The notes under the pieces were generated by a model that was not told the origin of the DNA, did not search any database, and was given only the letters and a program-made list of their open reading frames with translations. DNA of 62,430 bases, filler included, from Choristocarpus tenellus KU-1152 (Eukaryota > Protista > Phaeophyceae): assembly GCA_964200185.2 (NCBI GenBank). It is 7 parts of 7 records of this genome, joined end to end, with 100 filler letters (N's around TTAATTAATTAA, not from the genome) between each part and the next. Parts side by side here need not be neighbours in the genome. Positions count along the whole stretch, not along the records: positions 12,390 to 16,783 come from CAXNAD020014756.1; positions 16,884 to 31,069 come from CAXNAD020001260.1; 5 more parts are not named here. The stretch is one strand, 5' to 3'. Shown one piece after another: positions 12,390-25,100 of the stretch (position 1 is the stretch's first letter; every line of letters begins with the position of its first letter). Made by a program: the position numbers and the translations under genes.

Positions 12390-13689
12390 CTGAGGGCAAA
12401 AATCTCGACGGTACTCGGAATGAAACCTCTGCAACGGGTCAGAGCCGTGAGTGTGCCTCCTGTGTTGGTAATTACAGCTGAAATGGCTTGTACAAAAACA
12501 ATTAGTTGACGCTTGGTAGGATTGGTAGTGGATCTTCGTCATCATCATGAGCGACGGAGTTACCTTCCCTCCAACAAACGATGCTGTTTTGTCAGTTCTA
12601 GTCTATCGTTGCTAATATCGGGAATAACCAATCGTTTCCTTCAACTCTAGACAACGATCTTCGTCAATCTCCACCTCGTTTCTGCCCCCAACACGTGTCA
12701 CTGTCGTAACCTACAGACAGACTGGCGTCCTTGACATAGACTTCTTTCAAACTATTTCGCCCCGCAAGCCGCCTCCATTAAACACGTTCACCACATAAAC
12801 CGATAGGTTTGCTCCGTTCGGTTGATATTCTATCGTAATTCCATTACACTCTCCCATTTTTAACGTCCCCATCGTCCCCTCCTCTCCTCAACAACGTCCT
12901 CCGCCGTGTCCACCACCAGATTCTCGAGAAGGACTCGACTCTATGCGCTTACCTCTCCACCTGGGATGGGAAATACCAGGATGTCCTCAACCAGGTCAAC
13001 CTCCACCAGGTTCACAGCGGGCGGGGCAGTGATGGTGGCGGCGCAGGCGTCGAGAGCAACAACAGATCGGCATCAGATGACCGTGAGAAAGAAGACGAGG
13101 GAGGGTGCGAAAACAGAGGAGGGGATGGAGACGAGGGGACGAATACAAAGGAGGGGACGAAGACGAGGGAGGGGACGGACTGCCAGACAGGGAGGATACG
13201 GGCGAAGAGGGTTCTGTCGGCAGCGTTCCTGGTGCGGAAGAAGAACAAAACGGCCATGGAGGATGGAACGCGGGCGTTTGCTGTACTGGATGCAATCCTC
13301 CACCTACGTCCTGGTGAGTAATGTAGTTGTAACGGTGCACACGGGGATGGCGGATAATTAATGGCGTAAGATTGTTTTCCTTCCAATCCCCTGAATGGCT
13401 AACTAGGTTATCTCTCTTCAGCGGTGCACGCCATTGAACCGGTGGAACGTGCGGGATGCCTCTGTGTGTGGCCCTACCGTCCTTACCCCCACGTCTCTTT
13501 ATTTTCCACTGTCCGATTGTGTGTTAATACATGTACATCACCGACTGTTGTATCTCACCTGTACTACTTCGTACTGTTTTGCGCACCAGTTTCGTGGTAC
13601 TTCGTAACCGTGGATCCCTGCGTTACGTTGTTGCGCCCAATTAATGATTTGGAAAAATACTATCCTGCCTCTTTAATGCTCTCGTTCGA

Positions 13690-13830
13690 TGACACACGCG
13701 ACAGGTATTCATGCCCAAAGTGCTCCATTGCGCATATGGGCGAATGTGCCTACGTGGAGATTGGAGGCAACAAGAGGTACAAGGATCGATTATGTATCAA
13801 TTGCCCCATGGCACAGGAGGGCAGTGAAGG
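13690..13830 (+). CDS. Cys/His zinc-finger segment (PHD/treble-clef-like), upstream of the MTase-like region
   Basis: YSCPKCSIAHMGECAYVEIGGNKRYKDRLCINC: CxxC...HxxxC...CxxC spacing. Confidence 0.45.
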
Positions 13831-14353
13831 GTCTGGATCGGTGGGGAAGGAAGCAGCGGGTCGGGGCAGGGGCAAGGGTAAGGGTAAGGGTCACACAAGG
13901 AGTGTGGGCGGGTCACCCACCAGGCAAAGCCTTTTACGCCCCCCTCACGCAGCGAAACGGCGGACATTGAGAAGTGCATGTGGGTCTCGGTGTGGTTGCA
14001 CATTATAAAATCATACAAGTCGTGTCTGCGTGTTCGGTTTCGCATTGGCTTGCACGTGGGTCTTGGCTGCTTGTACATCATGTGGATTGCTTGTCCTTTG
14101 TGCATTGGATGTGTCGTTTTTTTGGAGGTTTCCATGGGCCATGGAACTTAGTGTTTTGACGTCTACCCTCCTTGCATGAGATGTATCCGATGGGTCTGGC
14201 GTTGTGGAGGGTGCAGCTTGACATTTTGGCGATGCCGTGGAAATATTGTCAGGACCTCACTTAATGATACAATTACCTGCACTGTTGCTTATGACGCTGT
14301 CCTTCTTGTTGTGCTGTCTGTATACCGTGTCGTGTGTCATGATGCCCAACCAG

Positions 14354-15852
14354 GACTGAGAACACTGCACTACACGACCTTTGCCCTCTCGACCCTACGA
14401 TACCCTTAGACGGCCTGAAAGAGTTCGCGCTCCTAAACACGCCAAAGCTCTCCATAGTGTCCATCGCCGCCGAGCCAAGACTCGTCAACGACGAAGAGGC
14501 GACCAATGAACACTTGCGCCAGGTGGTTAAGTGCTTGCAAATGAACCTACATCCTCAGGGCACCATCCCGCTATTTGTGCTCCAGCCGTGGGCCGCGCAC
14601 TTACACCGCCTAAACAGTGAGTTGCAGAGTTCGCCAGCGGTGAAATACGGTGTATATTGCTGGAGACTATCGCAATCCGCCATGGGCGTTATCAGTCCGT
14701 CCGTGTGCCCATCGAATATTATGCGGCCGTTCAGGATATGCAGATTATGTCACGTGTCTTTCTTTTACACTTTCCCCATGTTGTTTCATGTTCTTTGTAC
14801 TTGTATTTCCTTTTGTGTCTCTTGCTCTTTCCCCCGGGTCCTTCGTAGTTCTTTGTTTCATTGTACGCGAATCGCATGCTAGTGTTACTTGTCTTCACTA
14901 CATTATTTTTGCCGTCTTTCCTTCTATTACAGAATTCCTATAGTTTGCAATTTTTTGCATTTTTTTTTCCTTGCGTTCCACAATCATGGTACTATTATAA
15001 TGTTAGTGGTATGAGATTTCATGAATCCCTACGATAACCACTTATGTGATGTCACTGTCAAATTTGGCGCATGCCGGACCCACGCGCTTGCTCCCGGCTT
15101 CTCTTCATTCAGGACCTCTTAGGCGTCGAGGGTGGGCTTGGTTGTGGAGGATCATCCCCTGCTTATAGTATACAAGACGAGGGGGGGGGGGCGCCCTCTT
15201 GCAGGCAATGATAACCATCTCAGATGTTGTCAGGACATGATTCTTCTCGCGCATAATGGTGGGACAGAGTCCACATGCAACAAGCGAGTCACCGTCGACG
15301 ACATCTTTGGCCACGGTCGTGATTCATCTCCTATTGTACTCCAAACCATGTGTGACGTCGAGTACCAAGGTGTTGCAACTGACATCCCCATGAGGGCCCC
15401 CACTTCCTCGTTAACAGGTTCGTTAATAACGTCACACACACCCTTCTTCACGGTAGCAGGGACGTCTTTTGTACAGGTGTAGAACATCGTTAAACAGTAA
15501 CACAACAAGCTGGGTGACGATTCAGGGGCGTCAAACCATACCACGAGTGACTTTCCACCAAGAGTGTGTTGTCCTGTATCGGTTCGTTACTCTTCGATGT
15601 GTGATATGATGAATCCGTGCGCAATACAATGTACTCCTCGGGAAAATTGACGAACTGCCCTTCTTTGACACGTACACGAATGCTGGGGACACCGTCGTTT
15701 CCTTCAGCGCAGAGAGGCACAACGTGGTGGAGGCGGCCCTTGAACGGAGCAGGAGGGTGGAGGTGTTCGTGTCCAACGCGGCGTCAAAGGACGAGGTTCA
15801 AGAGAAGATGGAGACCTCCTTCGGCCAAGCCTACAAGGACGGCAAGTGGAAG
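14354..15852 (+). pseudogene. Beta-class N4/N6 DNA methyltransferase-like fold (N6_N4_Mtase-like) with degenerate motifs; spliced, possibly decaying
   Basis: Colinear segments: DGLKEFALLNTPKLSIVSIAAEP...EHLRQVVKCLQMNLHPQGTIPLFV (14409-14580); GLVVEDHPLLIVYKTRGGGRP...NHLRCCQDMILLAH (15135-15255); FFDTYTNAGDTVVSFSAERHNVVEAALERSRRVEVFV (15661-15770). These match beta-class elements DxLxxLxxLPxxSIDLIxTDPP, LKPxGSIFIF, IIWxK...HEYILVF and YTNxGDxVLDPFxGSGTTxxAAxxLxR. In-frame stops at 15120 and 15480 need splicing or indicate decay. Confidence 0.6.
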
Positions 15853-16708
15853 GTAAGAAGGGTGTGCTGGCTTTTTTCCCATTACTTTCCAACTTGTTGT
15901 CTGTTTTGGTTCCCTATGGATAGGTCTCGGGCTTGCGATTGTTGTAGGGATGTTTCCTTGTCGATCTTTACACGTTGCTAACACGGTGCACGCGGTTACC
16001 TACTCCACCGCTGGAAATCGCGAGAGCCCAAGACTGTGTGTGAGAGTCGGTACGTCGTAATGTCCTCCTTCCCCACACGAAAAAACATTCTGCAGTACAC
16101 CACAAGATCTTTAACCAACGCTGGAATAACCCTTGCATACGTGACGAAACCTTATCGCATTGGCACCCGCTTCAATGCCACATGGTTGGGCTGTCACATG
16201 TACGCACATGATGTTGTAGGTATCCACGTCTCTCATTAAAGAACACGTGATAGGCCCTTCCTGCCTGCCGGAAGCCTTGGGGCAGACCCTCATCCCAACG
16301 GAGACGCAGCGATGTTTTGCTGAGGCCGTCAATCCTCAGGGAAAGGCAATGGGACACGATGGGGCGACCGTTTTCGTTGCGAAGACGGTGGCGATGGAGT
16401 TCGGCTACCAGATCGAGGTGAATGTGGTATAGAATGCACTAAGTTACATATTTTGTGAAGAATGAACGGCAGAGTCAAGATCTTGGCACGAAGAATAAAC
16501 GTTTTTTTTATTCCAGAGTAAGAACCTATCTAATGCGGCACCCAAATACGTCGCGTAGAAAACTTTGGGCCTTGTGGGTAAGTATTGTATTCGTCGTGTG
16601 TTCAACATTTGCCACAATAAGGTTGCCGTTTTTGCACCACGTTCGGACGAGATTACCCACAAATCACGAACATTCATGAATGACCGAACTCTGCCCCCCC
16701 CCCCCCCC

Positions 16709-16745
<37 letters not shown>

Positions 16746-16883
16746 TTTTTTCCCCCTCCCCCCCCCCCCCCCACGTAAACGCCNNNNNNNNNNNNNNNNN
16801 NNNNNNNNNNNNNNNNNNNNNNNNNNNTTAATTAATTAANNNNNNNNNNNNNNNNNNNNNNNNNNNNNNNNNNNNNNNNNNNN

Positions 16884-16947
16884 GGGTTGTTTGGCCGAAA
16901 CGGACGCCCCCTCACAAACCACCTCCCCCCCCAAGATGCTTTGAACC
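16884..16947 (+). mobile_element. MITE family B, right end at a contig start
   Basis: CCGAAACGGACGCCCCCTCACAAACCACC...AGATGCTTTGAACC. Similar right ends lie at 1-29 and 38788-38853. Confidence 0.7.
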
Positions 16948-19900
16948 ATGCCCTTGATCACACGAAGGTAAGGTGCGCCATCCTTCGACTATTCCGGAAC
17001 AAGAACCATCTTGATCTAAATATCAAATACAACATGCCAATCTTTCTTTTTTTTCTAATCTCTTCATTCAAGTAATATATCCACACAAAGATCAGAAAGG
17101 GAGGGGGGCAGTATGATCATAGTTTCCGATATACAGGCTTATTCGTACAAGCAACCAAAATAGGACATATTCAAAGGTAGTGCTAATTATTTCCAGCGAT
17201 TGAGACAGCCTTTGCATACTGGCATGGAGAAGGTGAAATCTTGTCTCCACATATTGTCTACTGTCACTCAGAGCAATATCCTGCACCTTTTGCTCTAGAA
17301 AACCGCCATTGTCCAGCAAACATTCTGGTCCGTGAATTTGCTCCATACTGTCCGTTATCCTGCGTTTGCTCTACATCATCTCTTGTTCCGGACAACGCTC
17401 TGGGCCGTTTCTCTACAACTTCCATATCGTCCGGCAAACACTCAAGTCAATTTAGTCCATAACGCACGATCTCCGAACAATGAATGGTATGTGTGAAAAT
17501 GTCGAGATGTGTTCCGAATGAATAGATGGTGTTACCTCAGAGTGTCCTCCAACAACCACCATGAAGTACTCTCCATATCAAGGGATGTTTCCGTCATGCA
17601 TACATACGAAACAAGGTGTGACTGGTAGGGCGTCATTCAAAGATAAGGTACTCTCTACCTCAACTACTACCGACCTAAAATTCCGTGATTGGACTGTAAA
17701 TAACTGTATACATAAAAAGCGGTAAATTTATACAAATATTGTTCTGTACTCACTATAAACTTTACAGTGTTTTTCTTACAAGCACAAGGCATGTATACTG
17801 TAGTTACTTCCAAACTAAAAAAAGTAATTACGGGTCTGAACTGAGAGCCAAGTAAACAAGTACCCAGTCATTACCAATTTTCAACTGTAAGCCAGTATTC
17901 AATCTCTTGCCAGTCACTCATATTTCAATGAAGTGTTAAGTTTGACTTGAGAGGGTTGATTTTTCTATTGTCAGTATAAACTTTGGGTACCTCTCGTTCA
18001 CTCTAACTCTCAGTCGCAGAAGATCTCACACAAGAGACCACTGCTAGGACTCACACCAACATTGAGGGCATACAGGATAATAAATTTTGGATAAGGAGCA
18101 ATATACAATACATATTAACAGAACAAAACCCTCTTGAATCACATTAGCCCAATAGGATGCACTGTTGTGGAAGCATCCCCTCCTCTCGCTTTGAACATAT
18201 TTTTGATCTCATCTACACTACTACTTGGTGTATCGCTCAAAATACAGTATGTCCAATGCATATATATTGCTATGGTACTGCGTATCCTTGGTGGACATGA
18301 AGCCCTCCATGCCAAAAAGGTGTCCACAGCACTTCCAGCAAGGAGAATCAGCAAATATATCCTTGAGATATATATGTGGTCAGCACAATCCAAACATCAA
18401 CCAACTCCCCAAAAATACAAAGAAACATGAATATTTTCATGGAACGTGTCTGTCCTATAATAAGACACCACCATCGAAGGTCATTCCTCATAGAACTCTC
18501 AATTATCTTGTGGTGGGTGTGATGAGAGGTGGAGGGTTAACCGTCCCACATAAAGAGGAAGAATGATGAAAAAATCTTCAGCAGTGTGATGTGGATCGTC
18601 GGTATTTGTTTGTTTGTTTGTTTGCTTGTTTGCTTGTTTGCTTGCAACGGTGGTGGACAGCTCATGTGCAAACATACGTCCCAGCATCTCTTCGGCCCGA
18701 TAGTCAATGTATTGTATGCAATAAGATACAATACTCTGGAGTACTGACCATCTAACTGCCACTCTCTCTCCCACTCTCCCTGAAAAGTATTTTTCTGTGT
18801 GTCGCCAAGTATCACGTGCATGGAAACGAGAGAGTGTACAAACTGCAGACTTACCTCCAATTCCTCGTCCTTCTCCTCCAATATATCTTGCTCCTTCTCC
18901 TCCTCCAATACGTCTTCCTCCTTCTCCTCCATTCCATCCCTTGCCTTGCGGCCCATCGCTGCCGATTCAAGCATGGTACTGTTGTTCATGACGGTGCAAA
19001 GGGTGGTGCAGTAGCATAGAAAAAGGGGATGGAGAGGTAGGCATAAGAGATCAGAAAGGTAGGACAGGTGGCATGGAGAAGGTAGATCTAGAAGCAAAGA
19101 ACATGACACTGCACCAGGGGGGATGCAGTCCTCTGATATCGTCCCATGGATAAGGACAACCCACACACACACACACACACAAGAACGCATTGACGGTAAT
19201 TATACAAAATTTCCATTCCATAACCAAGTGAAACCTTCCAAGACATGCATCACCTCATGATGACCTCTGCTCGGGGAACGCTTAAGGCTCACTGGGGCAA
19301 CACAATGGATCGGTACTGCTGAAGCTGGCCTGCTCCAGTCCTGGTCACACATCTCTGACGAACTCGCTCCATCCTCCTTCTCCTCTCCATAACTCTTTCT
19401 TAAGCAAGTCCAGAATAGGAAGCACAAGTATGAGAACCCAGAACACGGGCACACAAAAGAAGATAGCCAGAAAGGAGCAGCAGCACGATAGACTGAGTAT
19501 GTAGTATTGGTTTGGAGCTGTACTACTTGCTCTCAGTAGTATCGTTAAACAATCCATCATGGATTGAGATGCAGCAAAGGAAAGGTTAGATCTTTCGATA
19601 TTGAGCAGCCACACGTATGGCAGTTTGTGGAAAGAATGTCATCACCATCAGTGTCTGACTTGGGATGTTTCCTAGAGAGTTGAAAAACACCTAGTGCCAG
19701 GAATGCTTCAACAATCGCAAGCAATACCTCGTCACGTGTGATTAAAAGGAGACAACAACGATGGGCCAGGGGATTTCCAGGCATTGAAGAATCACATTTG
19801 AAGAGGGGGGATGGTTGTTGGAGATTCGGATGAGGAAAGAGTTACGAGAGGGGATGAAGGGGGTAGGAGTTCACATTGAGCTCTGTTGACGAAGTCAAAT

Positions 19901-21053
19901 GTACGGCACTGGTGAGGCGGAAGAGGAACGGAGGGGAAGCAATTATCTCTTCATGGATGGAGCCAATGCTATGCGGCGGTGGGAGGCAAAGGGGGGGGGA
20001 CGTCAATCGGTGAACGTTTAGGGGATGAGAAACAGAATCCGTCTGGAATTTCACTTGTAAATACAACACAAGAAAAACACATTAAGGTCCTCGGAACGTA
20101 GCCAGATAGGACGAGTGGAATGGGGCTGGAGAGTGAATAACAAACAACTGGATAACGCGTATGTGGGTGATTTATTCGCAGTGGGTCGTGAGGGTGAAAT
20201 CATCTCCCTACGAAACCACTGGACACAACGGAAGCAATGAACCGTGTGCTTGGGCTATCTAATATCCGCCATGCACAGCAATAGTAACCTCAGTACAACT
20301 CCAGTCGAGATCCTTGTAATGAGCAACACATCCAGCAGCAGACATCCACTTTCGAGAGATAGATGAGGAACCGAACATCCTAAGCGCACAACATGTTTGA
20401 CCACCCTCAATTCGGCTCCTATATAAAGCTTTCGACATCGCTCGGGTTGAGGTATCCACTCTCCAAGGTCCAAGGTCCAAGATAGCTATACCAAGGGACT
20501 GGTTGGGCAACAACTCTATTTCGTGGATCTTGTGGACCAAACACGCCACGTCCATCATCTGGATCGATTGGAAGGTCATAAAACTCAGATCACATCTCTA
20601 ACTTGTCTGTGACGGCCGAGACCCCATAGAACCACAAGTTATCTTGAGGCTATAAGGTATCCATGACCGCGAAACCGACAGGCTACCTCCTAAGGATACA
20701 GAACGAGCCATATCAACGCAGCAAAAAGTAGCCACATACCGAGAGCTAACGCCACCCTCGCGCCGCCATCTCACGGCATCGAGTAAGAAGGTTTCGGGGA
20801 TACAGGCATCTCACCCTGGGGGCTTGTCATGCTTGCATTCATCGAAAGGTATGAAGTAAACTGGTTGATTCAAAACACCAAATGCACAATAAACACCGAC
20901 TTTTTCTTGTCAACATAACAAAAAATGCATACATAAATATAGTATGAAAGTTCTAAGAAATCATCCTAGCTTAGTGGTGAGCGGAGGCTGTTCCCAGAAT
21001 GAATCTCGTTCTCTCAAGTCCTGTCAACACTAAACTTCTTTTGAAGAACATCG

Positions 21054-21233
21054 GGCTCAAAGTATCTGGGGGTGGGTGGTGGGTGTCCATTTGGGCTTAT
21101 TTTTTCCATGTCGCAATTTTTGGGTGATTTGACTGCATACGTCAGGGATGGATAATGTAAGTGCACATTTCCTGGTTTTGGTCAAATGGACAACCTGGTG
21201 TAGACCCCCCACCCCCCCCAGATACTTTGGGTC
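21054..21233 (+). mobile_element. MITE family B (~180 bp)
   Basis: TIRs GGCTCAAAGTATCTGGGGG / CCCCCAGATACTTTGGGTC; flanks TCG/TCC. Confidence 0.75.
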
Positions 21234-22146
21234 TCCACTATTTGACTACATGAGTCTTTTTAAGAAGTGAGAGAACAAACTCTGCCAATATATATTTATA
21301 TATTATATATGTATCACATATTTTCAAAAAATATTTTTTTCACATACACAGGTGCAGCCTTGTCAAAACTGAGATCCAGCCTGGTCCTTTCAAAACACAC
21401 CTTGCCTGAGCAGCCCCATGGACAGGCCCTGCCAAAATCCTACGGCCCTCGCTTAGCCCTTTAAAAAAATAATGTGACTTGTGACCCAGTCCCACCAAAA
21501 TTCCTATGGCCTGGACTGGCCATGACAATAAAAAAACTTTTGAATCGACTCACAGTCCAATCCTGTCACAACCACCTGGTCTGGTGTGAAGCCCTGATGT
21601 ATACTGCCTCACTACAGGACTGCAAATGATATCAATACCATACATGAAACACCAACATTACCGTAACCCTAACCCTAATGAGTCACCACATACACCAAGC
21701 ACGTAAAGAGCCTTCACCCAGGAGATTGTGAGCCCTTAAATATCAACAAATAAACCCCACTATACGCAGGCACCTTAATAAATTTCAAAATTAATGTCAA
21801 CATATATTATACCCTGTCACAAGGGAGTAAGTGATCTAATCTCTTATTTGTGGAGGGTGCTCAAGCACCTAATCTCTTGTTTCCCGATACCAACATGCAT
21901 GTGAAGAAATGCAAAAACATGTGTTGAGGGTGTGAACACAATCCATTTTATGAATCAGCTGACCAGTGTGGTAACAACACACAGTGCATGGTCGTCTGTT
22001 TTTCTATATAGCATAGAGGTCGAGAATATTCTTGTCAGGCACAAACAATTACAAACAATTACAAACAATTCTCAAGCCCACAATAACTGTACTCCTCAAA
22101 CAGTATACAACATGGCAAAAATGTATCATCCCTGTCTTGAGGGTCC

Positions 22147-25100
22147 TCAAGTGTTGGGTTTGGGTCGACAGATCCCACAACCTAGTGCAAATTCGTCCTT
22201 GCCATTTCGGGCTCCAGGGGGGTGTTCACCACCAAAGAGACAGTTTTTTCCACCTTGGCATGGCTTAGGATGAGCTCCAAAGCCACTCAGGTGACAAACA
22301 TCACAGAAGTGCATCCTCCCTCCACAGAAGAAGGAAGCAACCTTGCGGCAGCACCAATAGCACTTGTGCTCAATGAATTCCTAGGGAAGTTCACAATTCA
22401 ACAGGTGGGAGGGAGGGGGGGGTGCAGAAGGTCAGATATGACCATGACAATCAGCACAGGATGTAACAGCAAACACCACCATGAAAGAGCAAACACAGTC
22501 AATGACCACAATGGCCTCATAAAAAAAAAGGGTAGTACAGATTACTAGTATAGACACTATTAATATAATCCAATCCTGATTGTAATAAAGAGTGCTCCTT
22601 CCTGTTGCTATTCAGGATTGACTGAAATGGAACAAGAGCTCGTTTTGTCAACTACTGAAAAAGTATCAGATTTTCAACACTCTCCATGTACACACATAGT
22701 TCTGAACTATACATGCACAGTTCCAAACAATCAACATGCAAATATTGGAGCAAACAGAGAGTGTTCGTTAGTCATTGAGTCATTTGTTGCTTATTGAGAA
22801 AAGACACCTGCTGATGCTCAGAGCAACTGGCTACCCCTGCAGATGCAGAACACGTGCCACAAAGCAACTCCTCTGGCTTTACATCAGCCAATGCCTGCTC
22901 AGCAGGTGTTGCTGCCTCAGCCCCTGCATCTGCCCCAGCCCCTAGCCCTCTCCACCTCCCATCTCCACTTCCTCTCACATGAGCTACACCGCCAACTCCT
23001 TCATTTGACACCTCACATCTCACCAGTCCACCAAAGTATGGTCTACTGCAATTGTGGCACTGTAATATATCAAAACCGTGGTATCAATGATATGGGGCAG
23101 AGATGCGCATAGGGTCACTTGTGAGAAACAGGGCCAAGAGGGATAATGCACCAAATCCACATGGGGTTATTGATAGGGTTGCTAACATTGGAAATGCATT
23201 GACTACATCATGAAATGTCATCTCATTGTCAGCTTGTATTCACTTGCCAATCAGGCGTTGGTAAGCAAACAACTCATATTCAAAGGTGTCTTTCACAACC
23301 TACCCACGAGCAAGGTATACTACAGAACACAACTCATTCATCAACAGAACAGTCTGTCCACAATGCTCATTGACCCCACTCATGACAACGAGCCAGCCCA
23401 TAGAATGTGTTCATTTCAAAGATTCCCCTTCCAAAAATAGTCAATTACAGATCTTTTCATCCATAAAAGTTTCTAGAGTATGCGATAATCACAACTTCTC
23501 CGAAAAATTCAGGAGTTAAACGACCCCCAAGTTTGGTCCCCAATAAAAAAAAAATACGGTGAGAAGTTCGGGTTGGGTGATTTTCTTCCTTTTTGGCTGG
23601 AACAAGAAGAGCTTTAAAATCTAGGTCCCGATAATACATTTTGTATTGGGTGGGAATATCCTCTCACTTGCTCATGATGGTTTGGATGCCCTGAGTCACA
23701 TCTCACCTAAATCAATATGTTTATTTATACAGTAGATTGTGCACTTTGCTCTTTCCAGTAAAAATAATTTCCATTAATCTTGCAGTACCATCCATTTTTC
23801 AAGATCATTGGTCTATCGAGCTCCCCTTCTTTACTTTCCTCTTCAATCGCTTCAATCACTACATCCACTCTCTTACACGGTTCAGCTTGACCTTTTTTCA
23901 GTTGAACTTGGGAAGGTCTCCTCATCCCCCAATCGTGAGATATGTCTTCCCCTCTCATGGTCTGGTGAAGCAATCTAAGGATGAAGCAATCTAAGGATGC
24001 ATCAACTATTCTAATGCTCGTGTTCACCGAGCTTCTTAATGTTGGGCTACTAAATTCAGGATACTTGCAGAAGAACCTTACTGGTTCAAAAAGACAAGCT
24101 GTGGCAAACAAGACCAGCTGTGGCAAACAAGACAAGCTGTGGCAAACAAGACAAGCTGTGGCAAACAAGACATGCTGTGTCAAACAAGACCCGTCACACG
24201 TCACGTGCAATGTTTGCAACATGCCAATGAGTTCCCCTGCATACAAGGAGCACCCAAATAACTTTACGTAAATTTACTTTACTGTTACTCTGGACAAAAC
24301 TATACCATTCTTGACAATACCAGCTCTAACACAGAAATCATTTCCACCATCTTGCTAACACAAAGGAGAGACAACATGGAAGAGTCCACCATGAAACAAA
24401 ACTAAGACAATCACCCAGAGATAATGTGACCAACATTACCCAACGACAGCAGACAGGAGAGAGGGAATGGGGTCAGACCCGAGCTTACTTAACCCCACAA
24501 TGAATTGTGACACATGACAAAATTCTAAAACTATCAACACTGGGACTACTCAAATACCAAGTTTCTGAGTCTAAATTCAATTGGGGCAGAGGGAAAGGGG
24601 CAACTCTTTGGTCTATCACCTGATAAAAAGTATATTTCTTGAGCGCCCTTGCTGCCAACGACTCATTTCCCTCTTCACCCAGCTGAGTGCCCCCCTCTCC
24701 CCTCCCCGACACCTGGTCCTTATGTTGCCCTTGGTGGTCACTTCTTGTGTCAGCATTGTCCCCACTACCCACCCCAGCTAGGGGATACTCTCTGGCAGCT
24801 GAAGGATCTCTGTGTGCATGACGTTCCTTTCCATGTAAAACACGTCTGAAGACTTGGCGACTACCATATTTTTTTCGAGATGGAAGCACATGCGGCACAG
24901 GTTTCATAGCCTGCACTCCATTTGTTGGTGGTTTGGGCATATTGTATACAAAATTGGTGGTTTATTTGTGAGGTACCATAAAGAAGAATGCCAGCATTTT
25001 CTCAAGCTCTTCAGGCTTCTTGATTCAAGACAGTTATGGCTGTGCTCCTACTTGGAATACCAACAAATTGGGTACATTGACTGGCAACCCATTTGATGAA

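Noticed and set aside
16565-16831. Poly-proline ORF
   Set aside because: Translation of a poly-C run at a contig end.
18537-20850. Acidic 217-aa ORF and stop-interrupted coding-like frames at 20.2-20.8 kb as DIRS or Harbinger parts
   Set aside because: No diagnostic motif could be aligned; left unassigned.
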